64,000 nucleotides of DNA from positions 9,088 through 73,087 of the forward strand of contig CAYZIY010000001.1 in the NCBI GenBank assembly GCA_964478715.1. The letters run 5' to 3'. This DNA comes from an uncultured Planctomycetales bacterium. GTDB taxonomy: Bacteria > Omnitrophota > Gorgyraeia > Zapsychrales > JBDRMG01. This document shows, one piece after another, positions 37,841 through 47,301 of this stretch. The notes below the pieces were generated by a model, which made no database searches, had not been told where the DNA came from, and saw only the letters and a program-made list of their open reading frames with translations. The stretch's first letter is position 1. Every line of letters starts with the position of its first letter. The translations under genes were made by a program, and so were the position numbers.

Positions 37841-39774
37841 TTACTGTTTCAAACCTCTCAAAAAATTTTGACCAAAGATTGCTTTTTAAAGATGTCTCTT
37901 TAGGTATTTTTCCCAATGAGAAAATAGGCCTCACCGGACCTAACGGAGCAGGAAAATCCACATTGTTTGCTCTGATCCTGGGCGAGCTTGAGCCTTCGGC
38001 GGGAACAGTGCAGATTCAAAAGAATATCCGCATGGCCCATCTTCCTCAAGAACATCAATTTCACTCTCAGAGAACAGTTTTGGAAGAGGTGACCGAAGGG
38101 GATCCTTTGATTCGAAAACTCAAGGAAGAAAAATTCCGCCTCGAAGAACAACATAAAGCCGATAGCCAGCGCTACGGAGATATTCTTCTCAAGCTGGAAA
38201 CCCTCGGTATTTATGAAATCGAACACAAGGCTGAAAAAATTTTGAGTGGTCTGGGATTTCAAAAAAAAGACATCGACAGGCCAGTTAATCAATTAAGCGG
38301 CGGCTGGCAAATACGCACGCTTTTAGCTAAGCTTCTTGTTCATCAGTATGATATTTTACTTTTGGATGAGCCGACCAATCATCTGGATTTGCCCGCAACG
38401 CTTTGGCTCAAAGATTTCTTAAGCGGTTATATGAGCGCTTATATTATTATTTCCCACGACAAAATATTTCTCAATGAAGTAACCAGCCATACGATTATTC
38501 TCGAAGATGGAAGGCTTACCAAAGTCAAAGGCAACTATGCCCAGTACGAAGCTACCAGAGAGCAGCATGTCAAATACTTAGAGAGAAAGAAAAAGGAAGT
38601 GGATAAAAAACGCCAACAGCTGGAGCGTTTCACCCAGAGATTCCACGCCCAGCCTAACCGGGCGGCGGCCGTGCGAAATAAACGCAAAATGATCGAGCGT
38701 TTAGAGCAGATCGATCTGCCCGAAGATAAAAAGAGCATTGAAGATTTTCAGTTTCCTCAAACCGAGCGAAGCGGATATAATGTCGTATCGCTTAACGGGG
38801 TGAGCAAAACTTACGGGGACATCAAAGTATACGAGAAGTTTAATTTTGAACTCTTGCGCCAACAGAGAGTCTGCTTGATTGGCGCCAATGGGGCTGGTAA
38901 ATCCACTTTGCTTAAAATGCTTGCGGGAGTGGTGGAACCCGATACCGGCAAAAGACGGGTCGGACACAAAGTAGAAGTGGGCTATTTCTCCCAGACCCGT
39001 TTAGATGTGCTTAATCCGAATCGGACCGTTTTGGATGAAGTGGCATCTACCGCTCAGGGTAGCATTCCCGGCGTGCAGGTGCGCACGCTTCTGGGACTTT
39101 TTCATTTCCGCGGCGATGATGTTTTTAAGTTGGTAAAGGTTTTATCCGGCGGTGAAAAAAGCCGGGTGATTCTGGCTAAGCTCTTGATCAATCCTCCGAA
39201 TTGCATTTTTCTGGATGAACCGACAACGCATTTGGACATCGACGGTGTAGAAGCCCTCACCAGAGCTTTTAGCAATTATCAAGGGACGCTTTGTTTTATC
39301 AGCCATGATCTCTTTTTTATCCGGGAGATTGCCACCCAGATTGTCGAGATCAAAAAGGGAGCCAAGAGGGTTTTTCCGGGCGGCCTCGATTATTATTTGT
39401 CCAAAAACCAGGAAACCATCGAGGCCGCCCGCAAGGAAAGCAAAAAACAAAAATCAGCCAAAAAAGAGACGAAAGAAAAAGAGAAGAAAAAAACCAGTGA
39501 GGTCGCTGAGCGATTGCAGGCCAAACACCAGGCCGCGGTCAAAAGGATTAAAGAAATCAAGAAAGAAATCAAGGTGCTGGAAAAAGAGAAAAGCGAGTTG
39601 GAAACAGAAAACTATGTAAAAGCCCGTGTTTTAAGCGAGCCGTTTAAAACTCGCGATAAAGAGCTTCTCAAAGAATATGGCCAGCGCTTAAAATTCATCC
39701 AGAAACGCTCGCGGGAAATCGACGTTTTGATCACGGAATTAGAAAAAGAGCGCGAGGGCATTCAAAATGCTTGA
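37837..39774 (+). CDS. ABC-F family ATPase (ribosome-associated)
   Basis: Two NBDs (GPNGAGKST, LSGG, LDEPTNHLD; GANGAGKST, LSGGE), no TM segments, coiled-coil C-terminus. Confidence 0.93.
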   Translation: MITVSNLSKNFDQRLLFKDVSLGIFPNEKIGLTGPNGAGKSTLFALILGELEPSAGTVQIQKNIRMAHLPQEHQFHSQRTVLEEVTEGDPLIRKLKEEKFRLEEQHKADSQRYGDILLKLETLGIYEIEHKAEKILSGLGFQKKDIDRPVNQLSGGWQIRTLLAKLLVHQYDILLLDEPTNHLDLPATLWLKDFLSGYMSAYIIISHDKIFLNEVTSHTIILEDGRLTKVKGNYAQYEATREQHVKYLERKKKEVDKKRQQLERFTQRFHAQPNRAAAVRNKRKMIERLEQIDLPEDKKSIEDFQFPQTERSGYNVVSLNGVSKTYGDIKVYEKFNFELLRQQRVCLIGANGAGKSTLLKMLAGVVEPDTGKRRVGHKVEVGYFSQTRLDVLNPNRTVLDEVASTAQGSIPGVQVRTLLGLFHFRGDDVFKLVKVLSGGEKSRVILAKLLINPPNCIFLDEPTTHLDIDGVEALTRAFSNYQGTLCFISHDLFFIREIATQIVEIKKGAKRVFPGGLDYYLSKNQETIEAARKESKKQKSAKKETKEKEKKKTSEVAERLQAKHQAAVKRIKEIKKEIKVLEKEKSELETENYVKARVLSEPFKTRDKELLKEYGQRLKFIQKRSREIDVLITELEKEREGIQNA

Positions 39775-39888
39775 TGAAACACCTAAACGTTATCTTTTTA
39801 TCGAAATAATATCTCAAAACGAAATCTTTATTAAAATTCATTGTTGTATTACAATAGAAAAGGCATTAACGAAAATATGAGGTAGTAA

Positions 39889-40290
39889 ATGAAAAGGAAT
39901 TTTGTTTTATTGATCGCCTTCATTTTTTTAAGCGGCTGCGCTAAACTCACCCATTTGCAGGAGCTTCTTACTCTCAAATCCTATTCGGATGATCAAGCCT
40001 TGCAGGATCGCTATATCGAAAGGCAGGACCGGCAGTTTGAAGAGTTGCTTCAAACCGTCCAAGGCAAGAAAGGCCTTAGCGAATATCCCACAAAGACAAG
40101 CTTCATGCGTCATTTCGGAGAACCTATTTATATCAAAGCAATGGAGAAAAACGGTCAGGTTTTGGAGCAGTGGCTTTATCGCTATCAAATGAAGTACTTT
40201 GAATCGGATAAAGTTTATGTTTATTTTGATTCGCAGGGCAATCTTGTGGACTGGATCTATGTCCCGGCTTTAGAAAAGGAGATAAGCTGA
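39889..40290 (+). CDS. Putative lipoprotein (possibly SmpA/BamE-like fold)
   Basis: Lipobox LSG-C; 'FGEP...EQWLYRY...VYFDSQGNL'. Confidence 0.7.
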   Translation: MKRNFVLLIAFIFLSGCAKLTHLQELLTLKSYSDDQALQDRYIERQDRQFEELLQTVQGKKGLSEYPTKTSFMRHFGEPIYIKAMEKNGQVLEQWLYRYQMKYFESDKVYVYFDSQGNLVDWIYVPALEKEIS

Positions 40291-40580
40291 TGGCTGATGT
40301 TCTTATTGAAAGGATCAATGAGCAGAAGAAAAAAGATTTAGACATTCCCGAGAGCCCAAAGGAGACCGATCAATGGTCGGTCTGGGAGTGCGAGCCGTCT
40401 GTCTTTGATTGGGAATACAACAGTCAAGAGCTGGCTTTTGTTTATCAGGGAGAGGCCAAAGTGACGGCTGGTTTAAAGGAATACGACATCAAAGCCGGAG
40501 ATTTTGTGACTTTTCCCAAGGGCTTGCGCTGTCAGTGGAATGTTCTTGAGAAAATTATCAAAGTCTATCAGATGCGCTGA
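40290..40580 (+). CDS. Cupin domain protein (DUF861/cupin_3)
   Basis: 'WSVWECEPSVFDWEY', 'IKAGDFVTFPKGLRCQWNV'. Confidence 0.88.
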   Translation: MADVLIERINEQKKKDLDIPESPKETDQWSVWECEPSVFDWEYNSQELAFVYQGEAKVTAGLKEYDIKAGDFVTFPKGLRCQWNVLEKIIKVYQMR

Positions 40581-40601
40581 TTAGATGGGGGTAGGTAAGT
40601 C

Positions 40602-40745
40602 ATGTCCAAACGATCCAAGAAACAAAAATACCGACTGGACTCCAAAAAATTTGAAGCGGAGCCCGGAAAAAAGAAGAAAGAAAAAGACTGGGGCGGGTCG
40701 GATATTTTTAATGAAATCCGCAGAAGCAAACCGCACAGACGGTAA
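40602..40745 (+). CDS. 47-aa basic hypothetical protein (not in ORF track)
   Basis: MSKRSKKQKYRLDSKKFEAEPGKKKKEKDWGGSDIFNEIRRSKPHRR*; GGGGGTAGGT upstream; fills the gap between the cupin gene and the likely endonuclease III start. Confidence 0.6.
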   Translation: MSKRSKKQKYRLDSKKFEAEPGKKKKEKDWGGSDIFNEIRRSKPHRR

Positions 40746-40755
40746 TAAATTTTTG

Positions 40756-41424
40756 TTGACCAAGCGCCTTCTGAAAAAAATTTATACCGTTCTTTTCCGT
40801 CGTTTCGGCCCTCAAGGTTGGTGGCCGGCCGAAACCCGTTTTGAAGTTATGGTCGGAGCTATTCTCACTCAAAATACCAATTGGGGAAATGTGGAGAAAG
40901 CGATCCGTAATCTCAAAGCCCAAAAGATTCTCACTCCCGAAAGACTCCGTCGGCTCAAGCGATCCTCGCTGGCCCGGGCCATTAAACCCGCCGGTTATTA
41001 CCATATTAAAGCCAAAAGGCTTAAGAACTTCCTTGTATATTTTCAAAAACAATACGATTCGAGCGTAAATAAAATGAAGCGCGCGTCCCTTTCAGGTGTC
41101 CGGCAAGGGTTGCTTTCGGTTAATGGAATCGGAGAGGAGACTGCCGATTCCATCATCCTGTATGCTCTGGGCAAACCGATCTTTGTGGTGGATGCCTATA
41201 CCCAAAGAATTCTTTCGCGTCACGGACTCATCAAACCACATGCCGATTATGAGTCCACTCAGAAATTATTTATGGATTCTCTGAAAGAAGACACGCGGAT
41301 GTTTAACGAGTATCACGCGCTTTTGGTCTTCATCGGGAAGGAATTCTGCCGCGCAAAACCTTGTTGCGAAAAATGTCCTTTAAATCAAGCGGTATTGTTT
41401 ACAACATCGGACAAGAGCTTGTAG
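40756..41424 (+). CDS. Endonuclease III-related HhH-GPD protein
   Basis: 'WWPAETRFEVMVGAILTQNTNW', HhH 'GIGEETADSI', 'VVDAYT'; likely TTG start at 40753 or 40756 rather than 40585. Confidence 0.88.
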   Translation: MTKRLLKKIYTVLFRRFGPQGWWPAETRFEVMVGAILTQNTNWGNVEKAIRNLKAQKILTPERLRRLKRSSLARAIKPAGYYHIKAKRLKNFLVYFQKQYDSSVNKMKRASLSGVRQGLLSVNGIGEETADSIILYALGKPIFVVDAYTQRILSRHGLIKPHADYESTQKLFMDSLKEDTRMFNEYHALLVFIGKEFCRAKPCCEKCPLNQAVLFTTSDKSL

Positions 41425-42509
41425 TCCGGCTCAATCTCACCTAAAAATCGCAGGTTCAGAACTCTAAAGAAGACCGGCAAGGGCACAAACATCATCTGGA
41501 TAAAAAATCCCAGAATCATGAAAGCAATAATCCCGATGGCGCCCATGCTAACGGCAAAGACCGTTTGTATTCCCCCGGGAAGAGCTTGGGCGATCAGAGT
41601 GAACATCACCATCAGAATGAGTCCGATCAAACCCACCGTCAGCCAGATAATGAGCGTGATGATCCCGGCCGCAATTCCCAGGGCAATCCCCAGACCCATT
41701 AACAAAAGCAGATAGACGACGACTTCTTGAAGGTTTTGTCCTATGCAGCTGATTGCTCTTTTACAGGCGGGGATGATACTGATTCTTTGCTTCATCATAA
41801 TCGGTAGGGCGAAATCCCGGACGGACCAATTGATCAGGCCGGCCACGATCATGAGTCCTATCAGAGCCGCAACATAGATGAGGATCTCAGGGAACGCATT
41901 GGGAAAGTTGGGGGTGTTTCCGATCACATCCTTTGCTTTAAGAACCCGGTAGCCGCCTATCCCGATGAGTGTCAGAGTGGCTAAAATGATCAAGCTGAAA
42001 ATGAAATTAAAAATGAAATAAGAATTACCCAGAGGCATATGAGTCCGAAATGGTATTTTTAGCTCGGCTTTATTCTCAATGAGGTCATCGAGAAAAACAA
42101 AATAAAAAACCGAACCGATCCATCCGAAAAGAAGAAACAAGGATACAAAACCCAGGCCGATTACGACAATAATAGCAATTGTGCTTTTGGGAATATTTTC
42201 TCTTTGAAAGAAGTTATCGATGCGGGAAGAGACGGTTTGAAAATCATGTGAGGATTGACCGAAGGTACTCACAAAATGAACCACATGATTATTGCTCTGA
42301 CGAAGACTTTGCTGCTGGGCCGGCGGTTGGCTAAGATCACCTAGATTACCGGTGGGGAAACTCCCGCCTCCACCGCCAACGGAAAGCTGGCCCGAAAGCC
42401 AGGCCACAAAACCAAGGATAATCCATTTCCTGAAATTAAAGGGTTTTATAAGAATATCTTTAGTTCGCTCAAAAGACAGTGAGATCAGATTCCCGAATTC
42501 GACTTTCAT
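41385..42509 (-). CDS. Multi-pass membrane protein of unknown function
   Basis: 374-aa ORF with several hydrophobic segments; 'FERTK..L..PFNFRKWIILG' N-terminus. Confidence 0.75.
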   Translation of the reverse strand: MKVEFGNLISLSFERTKDILIKPFNFRKWIILGFVAWLSGQLSVGGGGGSFPTGNLGDLSQPPAQQQSLRQSNNHVVHFVSTFGQSSHDFQTVSSRIDNFFQRENIPKSTIAIIVVIGLGFVSLFLLFGWIGSVFYFVFLDDLIENKAELKIPFRTHMPLGNSYFIFNFIFSLIILATLTLIGIGGYRVLKAKDVIGNTPNFPNAFPEILIYVAALIGLMIVAGLINWSVRDFALPIMMKQRISIIPACKRAISCIGQNLQEVVVYLLLLMGLGIALGIAAGIITLIIWLTVGLIGLILMVMFTLIAQALPGGIQTVFAVSMGAIGIIAFMILGFFIQMMFVPLPVFFRVLNLRFLGEIEPDYKLLSDVVNNTA

Positions 42510-42516
42510 TAAGATT

Positions 42517-42544
42517 ATCTTAGCATTTTACCTGCAAACTGCAA
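42517..42544 (-). promoter_or_regulatory. Promoter placed for a leaderless transcript
   Basis: Minus strand TTGCAG-16-(TGc)TAAGAT-7 nt-ATG(42509). Confidence 0.5.
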
Positions 42545-42569
42545 TAAAATGTTGCCCTCTTTTGACCTA

Positions 42570-42598
42570 TTGTTTCGAGTCTCATTATTTGCTATAAT
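42570..42598 (+). promoter_or_regulatory. Extended -10 promoter
   Basis: TTGTTT-17-TATAAT with TGc extension. Confidence 0.55.
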
Positions 42599-42631
42599 CC
42601 TTCTGAATTGAAGGAGATCAAGGAGTAAGAC

Positions 42632-43009
42632 TTGAAAAAGATCAAAATTTTAATCGGAGACATTCAGCTTCAGGCAAAGCTGAACGGTTCGGAGACAGCC
42701 GGAAAGATTTGGGATGCTCTTCCGATCAAATCATTTGCCAGTCTTTGGGGTGAAGAAGTTTATTTTCAGATTCCTGTTAAGACAGAAATCGAAGAGGGTT
42801 TTTCTCAGGATGTGGCCGATGTGGGAGATGTCGCCTACTGGCCTGAAGGAAGCTGTTTCTGCCTTTTCTTTGGCATGACGCCGGTCAGCAAGCATGGTGA
42901 AATCCGGCCGGCTAGCACGGTAAATATTATCGGTAAGATCGAAGGAGATTGGGAAATTCTTAAAACCGTCAAAGAGGACGAAACGGTTTTGTTGGAAGAA
43001 CTGGAATAA
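42632..43009 (+). CDS. Cyclophilin-like fold protein (DUF369 type)
   Basis: 'LWGEEVYF', 'GDVAYWPEG..FCLFFG.TP', 'PASTVNIIG'. Confidence 0.85.
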   Translation: MKKIKILIGDIQLQAKLNGSETAGKIWDALPIKSFASLWGEEVYFQIPVKTEIEEGFSQDVADVGDVAYWPEGSCFCLFFGMTPVSKHGEIRPASTVNIIGKIEGDWEILKTVKEDETVLLEELE

Positions 43010-43036
43010 ATTTTTTAGATCAAAAAGGGCTGCTTG

Positions 43037-44047
43037 ATGAGTATCGCATCCATTATTATTCTCTGTTTTTCTTTTTTGATGATTGCCTTTGGGGCTGTTG
43101 CGCTGGTCTTTTTTATCCAGAAAAGCCAGAGACAATTCTCCGATCAGATGACGGCATCTCTTGACAGGCAACTGGATATTATGCGTCAAGATCTGAATGT
43201 CCGGCTTCAGGAGACATCCAAGGCGGTCAGCGACACACATAGGGCTGTCGGTGAAAGACTGGATAGCGCGACCAAGGTCTTTGGCAGTGTGGCCACCAGC
43301 CTCGGGCAGTTGCAAGAAGCTAATAGAAGACTTTTGGAGGTCGGTCAGGATATTTCCAGCCTGCAGGAGCTTTTGCGAGCGCCGAAGTTTCGCGGAGAAC
43401 TTGGCGAGACTATGCTTGAGAATATTCTGGCTCAAGTGTTGCCGGCGGATCATTACAGTCTGCAGTATCATTTCAAATCGGGGGAGGCCGTAGATGCGGT
43501 GATCAAGCTGGCCGATCATCTGGTACCGGTAGATTCCAAATTTTCCTACGAAAACTTCCGCAAGATGATAGAAGCCGAGAATGAAGATGAAAGAAATTCT
43601 CATCAGAAAAGGTTCATGAAAGATATCAAAAACAGAATTGATGAAATTTCCAGGAAATATATTCTTCCCGGTGAAGGCACTTTTGATTTTGCACTGATGT
43701 ATATTATGGCCGAAAATGTTTATTACGAAACAACGGTCAAAGGCGATTTGCTCAACTATGCTCTGAGAAAAAAAGTGATTCCGGTTTCTCCGAATACCTT
43801 TTATGCCTATCTGCAGGTGATTTGCCTGGGTCTGCGGGGCATGAAAGTGGAAAGCAATGTCAAAAAAATTATTGCCAGCTTGAGCCAGCTGCATGTGGAC
43901 CTTAAGAAGTTTGATGAATCCTTTCGGGTTGTGGGAAGCCATATCCGTAATGCCTTTACCAAATATACAGAAGCCGAAAAAAAACTGGAACGATTTTCCG
44001 ATAAACTTAGTAACGTGGAGCAGAGCCAGAAAATTGATATGCTCTAA
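43037..44047 (+). CDS. rmuC: DNA recombination protein RmuC
   Basis: N-terminal TM and coiled coil; 'RGELGE', 'PVDSKF', 'KYILPGEGTFDFALMY', 'VSPNT'. Confidence 0.9.
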   Translation: MSIASIIILCFSFLMIAFGAVALVFFIQKSQRQFSDQMTASLDRQLDIMRQDLNVRLQETSKAVSDTHRAVGERLDSATKVFGSVATSLGQLQEANRRLLEVGQDISSLQELLRAPKFRGELGETMLENILAQVLPADHYSLQYHFKSGEAVDAVIKLADHLVPVDSKFSYENFRKMIEAENEDERNSHQKRFMKDIKNRIDEISRKYILPGEGTFDFALMYIMAENVYYETTVKGDLLNYALRKKVIPVSPNTFYAYLQVICLGLRGMKVESNVKKIIASLSQLHVDLKKFDESFRVVGSHIRNAFTKYTEAEKKLERFSDKLSNVEQSQKIDML

Positions 44048-44759
44048 TTATTTTTCTGAGCATGTTTTGGGCCCTTCGGTTGTTACCTGCGTTAGTGACC
44101 GACGATTAGATTTTTCCCTTAATAAAAGCACTCCTTTTTTAACCCGCCCGCAAAGAGAATATCTTAACAAGGCTTGCGGATTTTCTCTGCCTGCTGTTGT
44201 CAACATACGTCAAATTCACGGGGTTCGCGTGCTTTGTATCGGATGCAGATTCTTGAAAGGCCAGAGAAGTAAAAAGGATTATCAAAAAGCCGATGCGTTG
44301 ATCACCAATCGACCCGCAATCCCTCTGGCTGTGCGCACGGCGGATTGTCTAAGCATTTTTTTTTATGATCCCGAAAATCGGGCGATTGGTCTATGTCATG
44401 CAGGCTGGCGTTCCACACACAAGCAGATTGCGGTCAAAACAGTGCGAGCCATGAAAAAAAGATACGGTACGCAACCAAAAAATCTTAAAATTGGTTTTGG
44501 TCCCTGTATTCGGCCCTGCTGCTATGAAGTGGGTGAGAATATGAAAAAAATGTTTTCGCGGGATGTTCAAAAGCGCAGGAGCAAATTCTTTTTAAACCTG
44601 CCCCGAGTTAATCGGCGGCAATTATTATCTTGCGGAGTCAGGCCGGGAAATATTCTTGACCACAAAGAATGTACCTGCTGTAACAAGAAATATTATTCTT
44701 TCCGCCGACAAGGAAAAAAAGCCGGACGCATGTTTTCATTAATGATGATCCGCCCCTAA
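44034..44759 (+). CDS. pgeF: Peptidoglycan editing factor / purine nucleoside phosphorylase PgeF (YfiH)
   Basis: 'QIHG', 'ADALIT', 'TADC', 'HAGWR', 'GPCI..CCYEVG', 'YSFRR'; likely TTG start at 44034. Confidence 0.9.
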   Translation: MICSNYFSEHVLGPSVVTCVSDRRLDFSLNKSTPFLTRPQREYLNKACGFSLPAVVNIRQIHGVRVLCIGCRFLKGQRSKKDYQKADALITNRPAIPLAVRTADCLSIFFYDPENRAIGLCHAGWRSTHKQIAVKTVRAMKKRYGTQPKNLKIGFGPCIRPCCYEVGENMKKMFSRDVQKRRSKFFLNLPRVNRRQLLSCGVRPGNILDHKECTCCNKKYYSFRRQGKKAGRMFSLMMIRP

Positions 44760-44853
44760 AGAGTCGGATGGATGGGGTCGATTGATTTTTCTTTTGGGAA
44801 ACAGCCTTCTCAGGTTATAATAATTCCTTATTAAAGGGAAGGAAGAAATCGAA

Positions 44854-45177
44854 ATGGCGATCATTGTTTTGATAACCTCAAAAAATAAAAGTGAAGCCAA
44901 AAAGATTGCCCGCTTTCTGCTTGAGAAGAGATTGGCCGCTTGCGTTAATATTGTACCTCGGGTCACATCATTGTTCTGGTGGGAAGGGAAAATTGATCAG
45001 ACCGCCGAGACTCTTTTGATCGTTAAAACCAAAAAGAAAGTGTTTTGCGAACTTAGCGCAGCGGTAAAGTCGGCGCACAGCTATAGCGTTCCGGAGATTA
45101 TCGCGGTTTCCATTAAAGACGGTTTGCCGGATTATTTGAAATGGATCGATGATTCTCTGAAAGTTAAGAAAAAGTAA
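44854..45177 (+). CDS. cutA: Divalent-cation tolerance protein CutA
   Basis: 'LAACVNI', 'SLFWWEGKI', 'HSYSVPEII'. Confidence 0.95.
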   Translation: MAIIVLITSKNKSEAKKIARFLLEKRLAACVNIVPRVTSLFWWEGKIDQTAETLLIVKTKKKVFCELSAAVKSAHSYSVPEIIAVSIKDGLPDYLKWIDDSLKVKKK

Positions 45178-45178
45178 G

Positions 45179-45691
45179 ATGATAAAAAGACCTTTGGCTC
45201 TTATCTTTTGTCTGTGGATCGCAGGCGCACTGCTGATGGAGATTCGCTCCGCAGATGCGCAGTGGTATCTTCTCTTTCAAAATCCGATGGAAGACAAGCC
45301 GGCTCCCGATTTTACGCTATCAACGACTGGCGGAAAGACTTTCAACTTTACGTCTTATCGAAAAGGGGATCGTGCGCTTTTGTTTTTCTGGGCGACCTGG
45401 TGTCCGCATTGCCGTCAAGCGCTTAATGATCTGCAGAAGCGTTATTCTACCCTGCAGGCGCAGGGAATCCGCGTTATCGCCATTGATATTGGAGAAAAAA
45501 GAGAAACCGTTGAACGGTTTCTTAAGCGCCACGATATTTCTTTTGAAGTCTGGCTTGATGAGCAAACAAAAGTGGCCGGAGATTATCAAGTTAGCGGTGT
45601 GCCCAGCTATGTTTTTGTTGACCGCCGGGGAATCGTCAAGGCGGTTGAAAACTTTCTGCCCGCCCGCCTGGATCATATCTTTAAAGAGTAA
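45179..45691 (+). CDS. TlpA/ResA-family thiol-disulfide oxidoreductase
   Basis: Signal/anchor; 'APDFTL', 'FWATWCPHC', 'GVP'. Confidence 0.92.
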   Translation: MIKRPLALIFCLWIAGALLMEIRSADAQWYLLFQNPMEDKPAPDFTLSTTGGKTFNFTSYRKGDRALLFFWATWCPHCRQALNDLQKRYSTLQAQGIRVIAIDIGEKRETVERFLKRHDISFEVWLDEQTKVAGDYQVSGVPSYVFVDRRGIVKAVENFLPARLDHIFKE

Positions 45692-45694
45692 GAT

Positions 45695-47188
45695 TTATTC
45701 CTGAGGGGATTGCTGCTGTTTTCTCAACTCGGAAATATTATCTTCTAGATTGGCTTTCAGCCTTAAGTTTGTAATAAAGCGTTGGAACGCCTCTCCTTTT
45801 TTCTTAGCCAAAAGCTCTTGTCGGAGAGTTTCCTTTTCTTTTTCAAATTTCTCCTTATCGATCGGGAAAAACTGATCGAGTGCGATCAGGCAATAACCGC
45901 CGCGGGTGGCCACTGCCTCACTGATTGGATCATCTTCTGTTAAAGAAAAGGCGGTCTCGAAGAATTCCTGAGAAGGTCCGATTTTAGGGACATATTCGCC
46001 GCGGGTTAATGGCGGGGTGGTTTCCACTTCCAGATTCAAAGACTGGGCGATGGGGGGGAAGTTTTTATCCGGTTGCGCTTTTCTGGTTTTCTGAATCAGA
46101 GCGAAGGCTTGCTTGGCTTTGGATTGAGCCAGCTGATCAGCCTTTTGATGGAGAACATCTTTTTCGACTTCTTCGCGAACCTCATCCCATTTCGGCAAAC
46201 GGGATTCTTCGCGTTCTTTCATTTTCAGAATATAATATCCATTGCGCGTCTCAAGCGGTTCGCTGATCTGGCCGACATCCAATTCAAAAGATTTGATCAG
46301 TAACTGGGCCGACCATCCCACTTTGAGATTCGGCTGGCGGCGGCTGTAGGGGCCGGTTTCTTCAAGGATCAAATTATACTGCTTAGCCGCTTCCTCAAGA
46401 GTGACGCCTTCTTTTAACTTTCCAGAGATCTCTTGCATTGATTCGGCGGTCTCTTGTTTTTGTTCGTCCGTCGCTTCAGAGGGAAATTTCTTATAGAGAT
46501 AACGCACATTGTATGTTTTTGGCAGACGAAAATTTTCTTTATTATTTTCAAAATGTGCGCGGATTTCTTCCGGGGTTGTTTGGACTTGATCTAGGTAATC
46601 CTGCGGTTTAAAAATCACATAATGCACCTGAATTTTTTCATTCTGTTTTTGGTATTGTTCCAGGAGTTCTTCGTTGGAAATGGTGATGTTTTGGGTTTCA
46701 TGCTCAAAAAGGCGGGCGAAGATTAATGTTTCACGGACACTTTCTTCGAAATCCCGGGGACGGGTTTGAAAGACATAACGTAATATTTTCTCATACATTT
46801 GTTGGTCAAAACGTCCCTGAACGTTAAAGGTCGGCATCTCACGGATGGTTTGAATGACTTCGCTGTCGTCAATTTTGATTCGCCTTTTTCTGGCTTCGCG
46901 CAGAAGGATTAAACGGTCCCAGGCCTCCTGATCGAGATTCAGATAATCTTTCATTCTGTGAAAATCTTCCCCGTAACGCATGAGGGCTTGAAAATAGGCA
47001 TACCGCAGGGATTTTTCAAATTCGTCAAAATCAACCGTGCGTCCGAAAATTTTTCCAGCATGGGAGATCTTTCTGCCGCGATTCAGATAGTTGGCCCGTC
47101 CCAAGAATCCGAAAGAAATAATAATAACAACGGCCAACACCCAGAGAATTTTCTTCATGACACCTTTTTTACGGATAATTTTTAGCAT
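45695..47188 (-). CDS. PpiD/SurA-like periplasmic chaperone
   Basis: N-terminal TM, SurA_N-type domain ('LLREARKRRIKIDDSEV', 'GRFDQQMY'), parvulin-like 'GQISEPLETRNGYYI'. Confidence 0.85.
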   Translation of the reverse strand: MLKIIRKKGVMKKILWVLAVVIIISFGFLGRANYLNRGRKISHAGKIFGRTVDFDEFEKSLRYAYFQALMRYGEDFHRMKDYLNLDQEAWDRLILLREARKRRIKIDDSEVIQTIREMPTFNVQGRFDQQMYEKILRYVFQTRPRDFEESVRETLIFARLFEHETQNITISNEELLEQYQKQNEKIQVHYVIFKPQDYLDQVQTTPEEIRAHFENNKENFRLPKTYNVRYLYKKFPSEATDEQKQETAESMQEISGKLKEGVTLEEAAKQYNLILEETGPYSRRQPNLKVGWSAQLLIKSFELDVGQISEPLETRNGYYILKMKEREESRLPKWDEVREEVEKDVLHQKADQLAQSKAKQAFALIQKTRKAQPDKNFPPIAQSLNLEVETTPPLTRGEYVPKIGPSQEFFETAFSLTEDDPISEAVATRGGYCLIALDQFFPIDKEKFEKEKETLRQELLAKKKGEAFQRFITNLRLKANLEDNISELRKQQQSPQE

Positions 47189-47222
47189 AAGGACTCCTTA
47201 TCTTTGTCATTAACAGAATCCA

Positions 47223-47273
47223 ATTATACCTTCCTATTTACGCTTTGACAAGCTCTTTGTCGCATGCTAGACT
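47223..47273. promoter_or_regulatory. Divergent sigma70 promoter pair with overlapping -35 boxes
   Basis: Plus strand TTGACA(47245)-17-TAGACT; minus strand TTGTCA(47251-47246)-17-TATAAT(47228-47223). Confidence 0.7.
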
Positions 47274-47301
47274 ACAGGCGAATAATTTGTCGTCGAGAAT
47301 A

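Noticed and set aside
39767-39880. 37-aa ORF (MLDETPKRYLF...) overlapping the ABC-F stop
   Set aside because: AT-rich spacer with a likely -10 (TACAAT) for the next gene and no recognisable protein features; probably spurious.
42731-43942. 403-aa minus-strand ORF
   Set aside because: Antisense shadow of the DUF369 gene and rmuC; no motifs of its own.
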